64,000 nt of DNA from a virus (Duplodnaviria; Caudoviricetes). Positions within the stretch are counted from its first letter, which is position 1, and each line of letters opens with the position of its first letter. The translations under genes were made by a program, and so were the position numbers. This document shows positions 9,965 to 19,230 of the stretch, piece by piece. Location: positions 397 through 64,396 of IMG/VR virus record IMGVR_UViG_3300042556_001330; one strand, 5' to 3'. Below the pieces are notes generated by a model. That model saw only the letters and a list, made by a program, of their open reading frames with translations, ran no database searches and was not told the origin of the DNA.

Positions 9965-10253
9965 GGATATCCTTAGTGGTGATGGAGCTAAAGTAGAGTT
10001 GAAAGAAGCATATAAAATGTTAGATGAAAAGAATCTACAAATTGGACTATACAAACAAAAGGATAGTTTGAAAGATGAAAAGATTGCTAACTTAAATGTT
10101 ATTATAGATAAAAAAGACCAACAATTTTCTTTAGAAAGAGAAAAATCAAATAGTCTATTAAAAGAACTTAAAGCTCAAAAATTTAAAACATTTATTTATA
10201 AAGCGGGTTCTGGTATTGGTTTAATAATGACCGTATTATTTTTAGTTAAGTAA
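9843..10253 (+). CDS. Signal-peptide, coiled-coil protein with C-terminal TM (spanin-like)
   Basis: MKKLMLLMIIMLTTLSGFS|Q signal; C-terminal GIGLIMTVLFLVK; no lipobox Cys. Confidence 0.55.
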   Translation: MKKLMLLMIIMLTTLSGFSQTDTKTDSIVPLKVPIAKLVIKDILSGDGAKVELKEAYKMLDEKNLQIGLYKQKDSLKDEKIANLNVIIDKKDQQFSLEREKSNSLLKELKAQKFKTFIYKAGSGIGLIMTVLFLVK

Positions 10254-10891
10254 TGAAAAAAATATTTGATATAAGACATATAGTAATTGCAATACTTTTA
10301 GTATTAGTAGTTGTAGAATTTATTAATCCAAAAGGTATTATGCCAAATAGAACTATTGTCATGCATGATACGATTGGAATAGAAGTACCAGTTCATGATA
10401 CTATCCCAGAAGAAGTTGAAGTTGAAGTTGAAGTGCCAGTTATGGTTGAAAAACCAGTTCCATATGCGGTACACGATACTATTCAAACAATTGTAGATAC
10501 TAACCTTATTGTAAATCAATATTTGAATAGTAAGAACATATTTACAAACACATATAAGTTTGATAAAAAACAAGGTTCAATTACAATAACCGATACTATA
10601 AGTAATAATAAAATAATCGGTAGAAAATATACAACTAAAATAACACCAATAATAGATACTATTAGAATACCAGAACCTTTCAAAAGAAAAGTTTTTGGTG
10701 GAGTTGAAGCATCATTTAATAAACCTGATGTTGTAAGTTCATTAGGAGTTGGATTTTTAATTAATAGTAAATCTAATAAAATATATCAATTAGGTTTGGG
10801 AGTTACTAATCAAACAACCGATGGAACGAATGGTTCATTTACTCCATATATCAAAGGTGGTGTTTATTGGAAAATTAAATTAAAAAAATAA
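10253..10891 (+). CDS. Membrane-anchored exported protein with beta-rich C-terminus
   Basis: N-terminal TM, repeated HDTI/DTI, amphipathic C-terminal strands ending GGVYWKIKLKK. Confidence 0.6.
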   Translation: MKKIFDIRHIVIAILLVLVVVEFINPKGIMPNRTIVMHDTIGIEVPVHDTIPEEVEVEVEVPVMVEKPVPYAVHDTIQTIVDTNLIVNQYLNSKNIFTNTYKFDKKQGSITITDTISNNKIIGRKYTTKITPIIDTIRIPEPFKRKVFGGVEASFNKPDVVSSLGVGFLINSKSNKIYQLGLGVTNQTTDGTNGSFTPYIKGGVYWKIKLKK

Positions 10892-12498
10892 TGGGAGTTC
10901 AAGGGCAACCTAAGAAAACCTTAAAAGAGATAATAGCTGAAGAATATCGTAAATGTGCATTAGACCCCATTTACTTTATGAAAAAGTATTGTATCATTCA
11001 GCATCCGGTGAGAGGAAAAATACCCTTTCACCTTTATCCATTCCAGGAAGATTGTTTAACAGACTTTAAAGATAATCGTTTTAACATTATTCTTAAATCT
11101 CGTCAGTTAGGTTTATCAACTCTTTCTGCAGGATTTATTTTGTGGAAGATGATATTCAATCAGGACTTTAATGCATTGGTAATCGCAACGAAAGTAACTG
11201 TAGCTAAGAATCTGGTAGAGAAGGTAAGAGTTATGCACGATTTACTTCCTATTTGGTTGAGAGATGGTGGAACTGCAGCTGCAGAAGATAACAAACTTTC
11301 ACTTAAATTAAAAAATGGTTCACAAGTAAAAGCAATCGCAAGTTCTCCAGACGCAGGTCGTTCTGAAGCCCTATCACTATTAGTTGTGGATGAGGCTGCA
11401 TTCATTAGAGATATTGATGAGATTTGGTTATCAGCACAATCAACCTTATCAACGGGTGGTTCTGCAATTGTATTATCTACTCCAAATGGTATCGGTAATT
11501 GGTTCCATAAAATGTGGGTAGATGGTGAGAGTGGACAAAATGGATTTAATAATATCAATTTACATTGGACTGTACACCCTGAAAGAAATCAAGCATGGAG
11601 AGATGAACAAACTCGTATCTTAGGAGTTAAAGGTGCAGCACAAGAATGTGATTGTGACTTTGTTGGTTCCGGTGATACGGTATTTGAACCTGCATTATTG
11701 ACATGGTATAAAGATACATATGTGATGGAACCTGTACAAAAAAGAGGATTTGATAATAATCTTTGGGTATGGGAACATCCAAATTACAATAGAGCATATA
11801 TGGTTTGTGCGGACGTTGCACGTGGCGACGGAGCTGACTATTCTACTGCACAAGTTATAGACATCGAAGATTCATCACAAGTTGCGGAATATAGAGGTAA
11901 AATTGATACAAAAGATTTTGGAAATTTTTTAACATCATTAGCAACCGAATATAATAATGCACTTTTGGTAGTGGAAAATTCAAATGTGGGTTGGGCCTGT
12001 ATTCAACAAATTATTAATAGAGGATATCAAAACTTATTTTATATGAGTAATGATTTACAATATATTGATACCGAAAGACAAATGTCTAACAAATATTATA
12101 GAGATGAAAGAAATATGGTTGCAGGATTTTCAACAACCAGTAAAACACGACCACTTATCATATCAGCTTTGGACACATATATGAATGATAAGGATATTTT
12201 AATTCGTTCAACGAGATTGATAGATGAAATGTTTACATTCATTTGGCATAATGGTAGAGCAGAAGCAATGAAAGGATATAATGATGACCTTATTATGGCG
12301 TTAGGTATTGGACTTTGGGTTCGTAATACTGCATTGAGATTGAAACAAGAGGGTATAGATTTGACAAAGAGTATGTTAAACTCGGCACAAATAAACAAAT
12401 ATGAAGGAATAATTACAACCAACCATTTAACTAAAAACCCATATGAAATGGATTTAGGTAGAGGTCAAACAGAAAACTTAACATGGTTACTTAAATAA
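10891..12498 (+). CDS. terL: Terminase large subunit (T4 gp17-like)
   Basis: LYPFQ, KSRQLGLST Walker A, LLVVDEAAF Walker B, STPNG, ADVARG.G.DYS, DDLIMA. Confidence 0.95.
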   Translation: MGVQGQPKKTLKEIIAEEYRKCALDPIYFMKKYCIIQHPVRGKIPFHLYPFQEDCLTDFKDNRFNIILKSRQLGLSTLSAGFILWKMIFNQDFNALVIATKVTVAKNLVEKVRVMHDLLPIWLRDGGTAAAEDNKLSLKLKNGSQVKAIASSPDAGRSEALSLLVVDEAAFIRDIDEIWLSAQSTLSTGGSAIVLSTPNGIGNWFHKMWVDGESGQNGFNNINLHWTVHPERNQAWRDEQTRILGVKGAAQECDCDFVGSGDTVFEPALLTWYKDTYVMEPVQKRGFDNNLWVWEHPNYNRAYMVCADVARGDGADYSTAQVIDIEDSSQVAEYRGKIDTKDFGNFLTSLATEYNNALLVVENSNVGWACIQQIINRGYQNLFYMSNDLQYIDTERQMSNKYYRDERNMVAGFSTTSKTRPLIISALDTYMNDKDILIRSTRLIDEMFTFIWHNGRAEAMKGYNDDLIMALGIGLWVRNTALRLKQEGIDLTKSMLNSAQINKYEGIITTNHLTKNPYEMDLGRGQTENLTWLLK

Positions 12499-12505
12499 TT
12501 TTTTT

Positions 12506-12514
12506 ATATTTATA
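12506..12514 (+). promoter_or_regulatory. Putative late promoter motif ATATTTATA
   Basis: Recurrent intergenic motif. Confidence 0.55.
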
Positions 12515-12531
12515 TGTTGAAACTCTTGTAG

Positions 12532-13479
12532 ATGAACGAAGATTTAAATAAATGGTTTAAAGAAAAATGGGTGAACATCGGAAAAAAAGTCGATGGAAAA
12601 CACCCGCCATGTGGAACTTCGGGAGAAAAGAGTGGGTATGCAAAATGTGTTCCTGCTGCAAAAGCTGCTGGAATGAGTAAAAAAGAAAAAGAAAGTGCAA
12701 CTCGTAGAAAAAGAGCTGCACAAAATGATGCAGGAAGAGGTGGAAAGGATAGTAGTGGACAAGGTAAAAAACCAATATATGTTTCAACAAAACCAAAAAA
12801 TGAAACTATGAACATAGAAGAAAAAATAAATTTATTTTTAGAAAAGAATTGCCCAACTGACCCTGGTAAATGGTCAGCATCTAAATCAGCAGCAAAATCT
12901 AAATTTGATGTTTATCCATCGGCATATGCAAATGGATGGGCTGCAAAAAACTACAAAGAAAAAGGTGGTGGTTGGAAAACTTGTAATGAAGGTGAAACCA
13001 ATGCACTTTGTGAAGATTGTTGGGATGGATATAAAGCAGTTGGTGGCAAAATGAAAAATGGTAAGATGGTGCCAAATTGTGTTCCTGTAAATGAAGATAT
13101 AGATAGTGATGATGATGTAAATTATGGTTTAGTTGAACCAGAAGAATATGATGTTGAAGATGAGGATATGGAAGACTTCATTTCATTTATGAGAAATTAC
13201 GCAAAAGACTTAAATGAAGCAGGTTGTCCATGTGTATTTGAAGCAGAATATCAAGGTAGAGAAGTTAAATTGGGAAAACCAATGGCCGGTGATGTTAAGA
13301 AATTTAAAGTATATGTAAAAAATCCAGCTGGTAATGTTGTTAAAGTAAACTTCGGTCAAAAGGGAGTAAAAATTAAAAAGAACAATCCTGATAGAAGAAG
13401 AAGTTTTAGAGCGAGACACAATTGTGATAATCCAGGACCAAGACATAAGGCAAGATATTGGAGTTGTAGAAAGTGGTAA
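12532..13479 (+). CDS. Multi-module basic/Cys-rich protein, probably head-associated
   Basis: Modules WFKEKWV..CG..KCVP, YPSAYANGW, CWDGYK..VPNCVP and VKVNFG..FRARHNC..YWSC separated by x-x-E linkers; lies between terminase and portal. Confidence 0.65.
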   Translation: MNEDLNKWFKEKWVNIGKKVDGKHPPCGTSGEKSGYAKCVPAAKAAGMSKKEKESATRRKRAAQNDAGRGGKDSSGQGKKPIYVSTKPKNETMNIEEKINLFLEKNCPTDPGKWSASKSAAKSKFDVYPSAYANGWAAKNYKEKGGGWKTCNEGETNALCEDCWDGYKAVGGKMKNGKMVPNCVPVNEDIDSDDDVNYGLVEPEEYDVEDEDMEDFISFMRNYAKDLNEAGCPCVFEAEYQGREVKLGKPMAGDVKKFKVYVKNPAGNVVKVNFGQKGVKIKKNNPDRRRSFRARHNCDNPGPRHKARYWSCRKW

Positions 13480-13534
13480 TATTTGGTAAATTCAAATATT
13501 TTCCATATATTTAGAAAAATAGAATTATATAAAA

Positions 13535-15277
13535 ATGGCAGATAAATCAATATTTAGTAGGTTACAAAAATTATTTTCAACTAACACCATAGTAAGAAAA
13601 ACTGAAAATGGTGTAAAAGTTATCGATACGGATGAGTGGCAGAATATGACCACCAACCTTGTTGATAGATTTATGAAGTTGAAGGTAACAAACTATGGAA
13701 CGGGCCAATTAGAATCATCAATGGCATATCAACAAGTTAGAATTGATTTGTTTAGAGATTATGATTCAATGGATATGGACCCGATACTATCATCAGCATT
13801 GGATGTATATGCAGATGAATGTACTGCTAGAAATGAACAAGGAAATGTATTAAAAATACATCACGACGATGATAATGTTAAACAAATATTAGAAAATCTA
13901 TTCTATGATATTCTTAATGTTGAATTTAACTTATGGCCATGGACAAGAAACTTAGTAAAATATGGTGATTTCTTTTTACAATTAGAAATGGCAGAAAAAA
14001 TTGGTATTGTAAATGTGATGCCGCTATCTACATATGAAGTTAGTAGAGTTGAAGGATTTGACCAACAAAATCCACAAAGAGTTAAATTTGTATACTCACC
14101 ATACCAAAATCCATTAGGAGCATACGGCCAAACTGCAAAGAAAGAATTTGAAAACTATGAAATGGCCCACTTCCGATTAAATTCAGATTCAAACTTTTTA
14201 CCTTACGGAAAATCTATGATTGAAGGTGCAAGAAGAGTTTGGAAACAATTGATGTTAATGGAAGATGCTATGTTGATTCATAGAGTAATGAGAGCTCCTG
14301 AAAAAAGAATATTTAAAATTGACGTAGGTAATATTCCACCAAATGAAGTGGATAACTACATGCAGAAAATTATCAACTCATCTAAAAAAGTTCCATTTGT
14401 TGACGAAAGAACTGGTGAGTATAACTTAAAGTATAATGTACAAAATTTAATTGAAGATTACTATATGCCAGTACGTGGTAATGATAATGGTACTTCAATT
14501 GATACTTTAAAAGGATTGGAATACAATATGATTGATGATATTAACTACCTAAAAGGTAAGTTGATGGCAGCATTGAAAATTCCAAAAGCATTTTTAGGTT
14601 ATGAAGAAGAAACGAATGGTAAAGCAACTCTTGCATCAATGGATGTTAGATTTGCAAAAACAATTGAAAGAGTTCAAAGAGTTTTAATTTCAGAATTAAC
14701 CAAAATTGCAATTGTTCACTTATACGCACAAGGTATAGATGATGACAATTTGACTAACTTTACATTAGAATTAACTATTCCATCTAAAATCTATGAACAA
14801 GAACAAGTTGAATTGTATACTTCAAAAGTAGCATTGATTCAACAAATGCAACAAACCAAAATGTTCTCAAAAGAGTGGATGTATGAGACTGTAATGAAAA
14901 TGGCCAAGGATGAACAAGACGAATTAACACTTTCAGTATTAGAAGATACTAAACAGGCATTTAGATTAACTTCAATTGAAACACAAGGTGTAGACCCTGC
15001 AAAAGAAACTGGAACCGAAGGCCCTACCAATGTAGAAGAAGAATTAAATAGATTAAAAACTGAATTAGAGGAAGAAGGCAATGTAGGTAGACCAAAAGAC
15101 CCAGTTAGATATGGTAAAGATGACCATCCAGAAGGGAGAGACCCGTTAGGTATTAAAACTCTAAAAGCAAAAGAAGGTTCGGTAAAATATAAACCAAGAA
15201 ATAATTATCAAGAAATATTTAAGGATATGAATGGTAATAAAAAAACTATTTTAACCGAAGATTTAACAAAAGAGTAA
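13535..15277 (+). CDS. Portal protein (T4 gp20-like)
   Basis: ISSALDVYADE-like motif, LMEDAMLIHRVMRAPEKRIFKIDVGN, EDYYMPVRG, IDTLKG. Confidence 0.93.
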   Translation: MADKSIFSRLQKLFSTNTIVRKTENGVKVIDTDEWQNMTTNLVDRFMKLKVTNYGTGQLESSMAYQQVRIDLFRDYDSMDMDPILSSALDVYADECTARNEQGNVLKIHHDDDNVKQILENLFYDILNVEFNLWPWTRNLVKYGDFFLQLEMAEKIGIVNVMPLSTYEVSRVEGFDQQNPQRVKFVYSPYQNPLGAYGQTAKKEFENYEMAHFRLNSDSNFLPYGKSMIEGARRVWKQLMLMEDAMLIHRVMRAPEKRIFKIDVGNIPPNEVDNYMQKIINSSKKVPFVDERTGEYNLKYNVQNLIEDYYMPVRGNDNGTSIDTLKGLEYNMIDDINYLKGKLMAALKIPKAFLGYEEETNGKATLASMDVRFAKTIERVQRVLISELTKIAIVHLYAQGIDDDNLTNFTLELTIPSKIYEQEQVELYTSKVALIQQMQQTKMFSKEWMYETVMKMAKDEQDELTLSVLEDTKQAFRLTSIETQGVDPAKETGTEGPTNVEEELNRLKTELEEEGNVGRPKDPVRYGKDDHPEGRDPLGIKTLKAKEGSVKYKPRNNYQEIFKDMNGNKKTILTEDLTKE

Positions 15278-15294
15278 TAAACTAATATAAAAAC

Positions 15295-15303
15295 ATATTT
15301 ATA
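15295..15303 (+). promoter_or_regulatory. Putative late promoter motif ATATTTATA
   Basis: Recurrent intergenic motif. Confidence 0.6.
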
Positions 15304-15324
15304 TCTGACAAATTAGACAAATTG

Positions 15325-16197
15325 ATGAAAAAAATAAAACATTCGAAGTTCAAAAATACTGGATTTATATTTGAATTATTAGTAAGACAAATTACGTCTG
15401 AAATCATGTCTGCTAACAAATCAATTGCAGAAAAAATTTTAAAAGAACATTTTAACTCTAAAAAAGAGTTATCTAAAGAATTGAAGTTATATCAATATTT
15501 GATTAACGAAAAATATAATTCGGAATCAAAGGCTGAACAATTCATCAATACAATATTGGAAGCTCGTAAAAAAATTGACGAGAAAAAACTTACAAAAGAA
15601 AAGTATAACCTTATTAAAGAAATTAAGGAAACTTATAATTTAGATGAGTTTATTAAATCTCCAATATCAAACTACAAAACTCTTGCATCTATCTATAAGA
15701 TATTTGAAACGGTTACATCTGACGAATCATTTGACCCAACCGATGTAGTTAGTTCTAGATTTACTATTGCAGAAAATATTATCAATTCATCTATTCAAAA
15801 TAAAGAAGCAAAAGTAAAAGATGCCGTTTTAGAAGAATATAGAAAACAAGATGATGATTTAAGAGCAGTATCATACAAATTATTAGTAGAATCTTTTAAT
15901 AGCAAATACAAAAACTTAACGGAAGACCAAAAAAGCCTATTGAGAGAATATATTAACAACATCAATAACACTGGTAAATTGAATCAATATGTTAATGAAG
16001 AAGTAACTAAATTAGTAGATTCATTAAAAGAAGTTGGTTCTAAAATTGGTGATAAAGTAACTAAGATTAAATTGGCAGAAACGATTTCAAATATTAAGAA
16101 AATTAAGTCTGTAAAAAAGATTAAAGAACAACACCTATCAGCAATGATGATGACATATGAATTGTTAAAAGAATTAAAAGAATCAATAAAAAAATAA
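15325..16197 (+). CDS. Helical head-module protein (prohead core candidate)
   Basis: KHSKFKNTGFIFELLVRQ; Lys/Glu-rich helical; directly after the portal. Confidence 0.6.
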   Translation: MKKIKHSKFKNTGFIFELLVRQITSEIMSANKSIAEKILKEHFNSKKELSKELKLYQYLINEKYNSESKAEQFINTILEARKKIDEKKLTKEKYNLIKEIKETYNLDEFIKSPISNYKTLASIYKIFETVTSDESFDPTDVVSSRFTIAENIINSSIQNKEAKVKDAVLEEYRKQDDDLRAVSYKLLVESFNSKYKNLTEDQKSLLREYINNINNTGKLNQYVNEEVTKLVDSLKEVGSKIGDKVTKIKLAETISNIKKIKSVKKIKEQHLSAMMMTYELLKELKESIKK

Positions 16198-16200
16198 AAA

Positions 16201-16788
16201 ATGGTAAATTATAGAATATTTAACGCAAAAGAATTCACAACAGGACAATCTGGTTCTTTAACAAATGCATGGGGTGTAATGAGAGGTTCGGCAATCTGTT
16301 CGGGTTCGGTAACATTGGAAGGGATTGACCCAACATTGACATCAGTTTTAGTTAATGGAAAAACAATTGTAACCGCTTCTCTATCTGACATAAACAACGA
16401 TTTAAGTAATACTGCAATTTCTGCAGCATATTCAGAAGCTAGACTTAAAAAAATTACAGTTCCATTTAGTGATTTAACAGGTGGTATATACTCACCTATC
16501 GAATATTTTGACGTATATAATTCTGGGTCTGGATTTGTTTTTTTATCTCAATATACTAACAAAGATGCATCGAATGTATATTTTTTAGCGTATACATCGG
16601 ATAAAACTCAAACTGCATTTGGTGGAACCACTTCTACTGTATCTGCTAATATTAGTTATTTTCCATCATTATCACCAACCCCAACACGCTCTACTCTAAA
16701 ATTAGAACATTTATCAGTTGGAGAACCAATACCAATGCATGTAAGAAGTATTACCGTAACGGCAGGTTCGGCATATCTATTATCATAA
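16201..16788 (+). CDS. Beta-rich putative virion structural/decoration protein
   Basis: Ser/Thr/Gly-rich with SGS motifs; in the head module. Confidence 0.55.
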   Translation: MVNYRIFNAKEFTTGQSGSLTNAWGVMRGSAICSGSVTLEGIDPTLTSVLVNGKTIVTASLSDINNDLSNTAISAAYSEARLKKITVPFSDLTGGIYSPIEYFDVYNSGSGFVFLSQYTNKDASNVYFLAYTSDKTQTAFGGTTSTVSANISYFPSLSPTPTRSTLKLEHLSVGEPIPMHVRSITVTAGSAYLLS

Positions 16789-16806
16789 AATTAAACGGAG
16801 AATAAA

Positions 16807-17403
16807 ATGCCAGCAGTATCAAAAGCACAACAAAGATTTATGGGTATGGTTCATGCAGCTCAAAAAGGTGATATGGAAAACCCATCACCGGAAGTTGCAA
16901 AAGTAGCTGCAGATATGTCTGATAAAGATGCTAAAGATTTTGCATCAACCAAACATAAAGGATTACCTAATAAAAAAGAAGAACAAATCAAACAACTTAA
17001 AGAAAAAATTCGTCAACTTGTAAGAGAAAAAATGATGGGTGAAATGAATGTAACTGGAAATGTACAAGGATACAATACACCGGCTGCATTTGGTAAACCT
17101 GAAAACGAAAAGAAAAAAGGTAAAAGACAAGCAGACTTAACAGGATATAGTGTAGTAAGTGAAAATCGTTGGTTAGATTTAAAAAATGAAGAATCAACTG
17201 CACAAGCTAAAATAGGTAGAGGTATATCTAACATCAATAAACAATTAAAAGAAATGGAAAGATTTCTTAATTGGTATGGTAAAATTAAAAATGAAAGTGG
17301 TGTTGATAACAAATCTTATTGGAAAAGAACAAATGGTCATATTTATAGTATAAAAGAGAGATTGATAAAATTAGACCAAAAAATCAGACAAATATCAGAA
17401 TAA
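16807..17403 (+). CDS. Head-module protein (multi-module)
   Basis: MPAVSKAQQRFMGMV...AKDFASTKHKGLP module, then modules following MMGE and VVSE. Confidence 0.65.
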   Translation: MPAVSKAQQRFMGMVHAAQKGDMENPSPEVAKVAADMSDKDAKDFASTKHKGLPNKKEEQIKQLKEKIRQLVREKMMGEMNVTGNVQGYNTPAAFGKPENEKKKGKRQADLTGYSVVSENRWLDLKNEESTAQAKIGRGISNINKQLKEMERFLNWYGKIKNESGVDNKSYWKRTNGHIYSIKERLIKLDQKIRQISE

Positions 17404-17711
17404 TGAAACATACAGAATTAAAAGAACTTATTAGACAAGTGGTAAAAGAAGAAAATGATTATCAACAATTGTTTAAACATATGTTAGACAAGACTGGTAA
17501 ATCATTGGGAGATATGTCTGATGACGAAAAGAAAGCATTTTTTAATGCAGTAGATAAGGCATCAAAAGCAAAAAACGAAGGTAGATTAAAAGGATATAAC
17601 GAAGCCGAATTAACTGCAGGACAAAAGAAATTAGATGTTGATAAGGATGGTGAGATTGAAGGTTCGGATTTAGCAGCATTAAGAGCTAAAAACGAAGAAA
17701 AAAAAAAGTAG
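17403..17711 (+). CDS. Small head-module protein with EF-hand-like DxDxDG loop
   Basis: LDVDKDGEIEGSDL; ends in an A10 run (slippery site). Confidence 0.65.
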   Translation: MKHTELKELIRQVVKEENDYQQLFKHMLDKTGKSLGDMSDDEKKAFFNAVDKASKAKNEGRLKGYNEAELTAGQKKLDVDKDGEIEGSDLAALRAKNEEKKK

Positions 17712-18118
17712 ATGAGAATCTTATATTGGGTGTAATGACCACTATTGGTTCTATACTCATTGGTAAGATTATCTTTTATTATATTGTAGATTTGGCACAA
17801 AAAGGAATGAAATATTTCCAAGGAAAACCAAACTATAAAAAAGAGGTTAAAAGTATTTTAGATTCGATTGCAGATAATAAAAATGTAATTGAAGATATAT
17901 CTAAAATGATTGACCCGAAAAAAGGAATTGACAATAGTACCGCTGAGGATATTGTTAATATGGGATATATTAAGACACAGATAATTAAAATGGTGGATAG
18001 TACAAATGGTGAGTTGGATGAAACTGAATTGAAAAATCAATTAAAGACCATACTTATCAAATCTTGGACACCAATGAGTAGTGTGGCAATTGAAAAAGTT
18101 AAAAAGGATTTAAAATAA
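17702..18118 (+). CDS. Membrane-segment protein, probably expressed as a -1 frameshift extension of the 17403 ORF
   Basis: The -1 frame is open through A_AAA_AAG and reads KVDENLILGVMTTIGSILIG; there is no ATG before the hydrophobic segment. Confidence 0.55.
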   Translation, partial: KKVDENLILGVMTTIGSILIGKIIFYYIVDLAQKGMKYFQGKPNYKKEVKSILDSIADNKNVIEDISKMIDPKKGIDNSTAEDIVNMGYIKTQIIKMVDSTNGELDETELKNQLKTILIKSWTPMSSVAIEKVKKDLK

Positions 18119-18708
18119 TGAGTAAAGGACTATTAATAGAAACACACCTATTTGAGGCAAAAATGGTGAAAGAAGAAAACGGAACTTATTTAGTTAAGGG
18201 TATTCTTCAAAGAGCAGGTGCACCAAATCAAAATCATAGAAGGTATCCTAAAGAAATCTTAGAAAGGGAGTGTAAAAAATACGAACAACTTATTAAAGAA
18301 AGAAGAGCATTGGGTGAATTAGACCACCCAGATTCTCCGGTTATCAACTTAAAAAATGTATCACATAACATTAGAGAAATTTGGTGGGATGGTGATGATG
18401 TTTGTGGTGTAGTAGAAATTCTTTCAACTCCTTCCGGAAATATTCTTAGAGAATTATTAAAGAATAATATTCGTTTAGGTATTAGTAGTAGAGGATTGGG
18501 TTCGGTAAAAGAACTTAGAGATGGTACTGTAATGGTTCAGGAAGACTTTGAATTGGTTGGATGGGACTTTGTATCAAATCCATCAACACATGGTGCATTT
18601 ATGGCTCCTATGAACGAAAGTAAACAATGGGCAAAAGTAGCAGAGGAATGTGGTAAGTGGTGTAAGTCACAAGATTTAATGAGAGAAATTATAATAGAAC
18701 TAAATTAA
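18118..18708 (+). CDS. Prohead core protease (T4 gp21-like)
   Basis: NQNHRRYP, ALGELDHP, VSH, TPSG, GISSRGLGS, DFVSNPS. Confidence 0.93.
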   Translation: MSKGLLIETHLFEAKMVKEENGTYLVKGILQRAGAPNQNHRRYPKEILERECKKYEQLIKERRALGELDHPDSPVINLKNVSHNIREIWWDGDDVCGVVEILSTPSGNILRELLKNNIRLGISSRGLGSVKELRDGTVMVQEDFELVGWDFVSNPSTHGAFMAPMNESKQWAKVAEECGKWCKSQDLMREIIIELN

Positions 18709-18717
18709 TATAGAGAT

Positions 18718-19218
18718 ATGGTTAATGAAATGAGTTGGCATCAGTTTTCTACTTTGCCGTCAATGAATAAAGTCCCACAACACGAAGTTGAAAGACAATA
18801 TAGAATATATCTAAATGAAATTGCAGAACAAAGAATTGCAATCCATTTAATGCAAGAACAAATGACCAGAGCAGAAGCTATGGCAGTTGCAGCAGCAAGT
18901 AGTGGTGGTGGTGGATACATCCAACAAGAAGAGCAAGGAGGTAGTGGATGTATCGAATGTGTATTCAACACATCGGATGACACAAATTGTGTATTATGGA
19001 TTGAAACATCTGAACCAACCAATTACACAATAACGTGGGGTGATGGTGAAACAACTACCGGCCAAACAACCGATGGAGATGGAGTAGGTAGTGGAGATGG
19101 TGAATATAAACTTCGAATAGAACACTCTTACGCAGATGCAGATACAGAATATAGTGCTAGTTTATGCTTCGATGATGTAAGTTTAGTAACTAGATTAGAA
19201 TTTAACGGATTCGATTAA
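18718..19218 (+). CDS. Protein with N-terminal helical anchor, Gly linker and PKD/Ig-like domain
   Basis: AAASSGGGG linker; YTITWGDG...HSY PKD-like signature. Confidence 0.6.
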   Translation: MVNEMSWHQFSTLPSMNKVPQHEVERQYRIYLNEIAEQRIAIHLMQEQMTRAEAMAVAAASSGGGGYIQQEEQGGSGCIECVFNTSDDTNCVLWIETSEPTNYTITWGDGETTTGQTTDGDGVGSGDGEYKLRIEHSYADADTEYSASLCFDDVSLVTRLEFNGFD

Positions 19219-19230
19219 AAATAAAATATT

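Noticed and set aside
12514-12534. ATG TTG AAA CTC TTG TAG ATG in frame with ORF 12532, suggesting TAG recoding
   Set aside because: Long genes have no internal TAG, and TAG ends several genes cleanly (20360, 22066, 51310, 55909). The ATG also overlaps the promoter-like motif.
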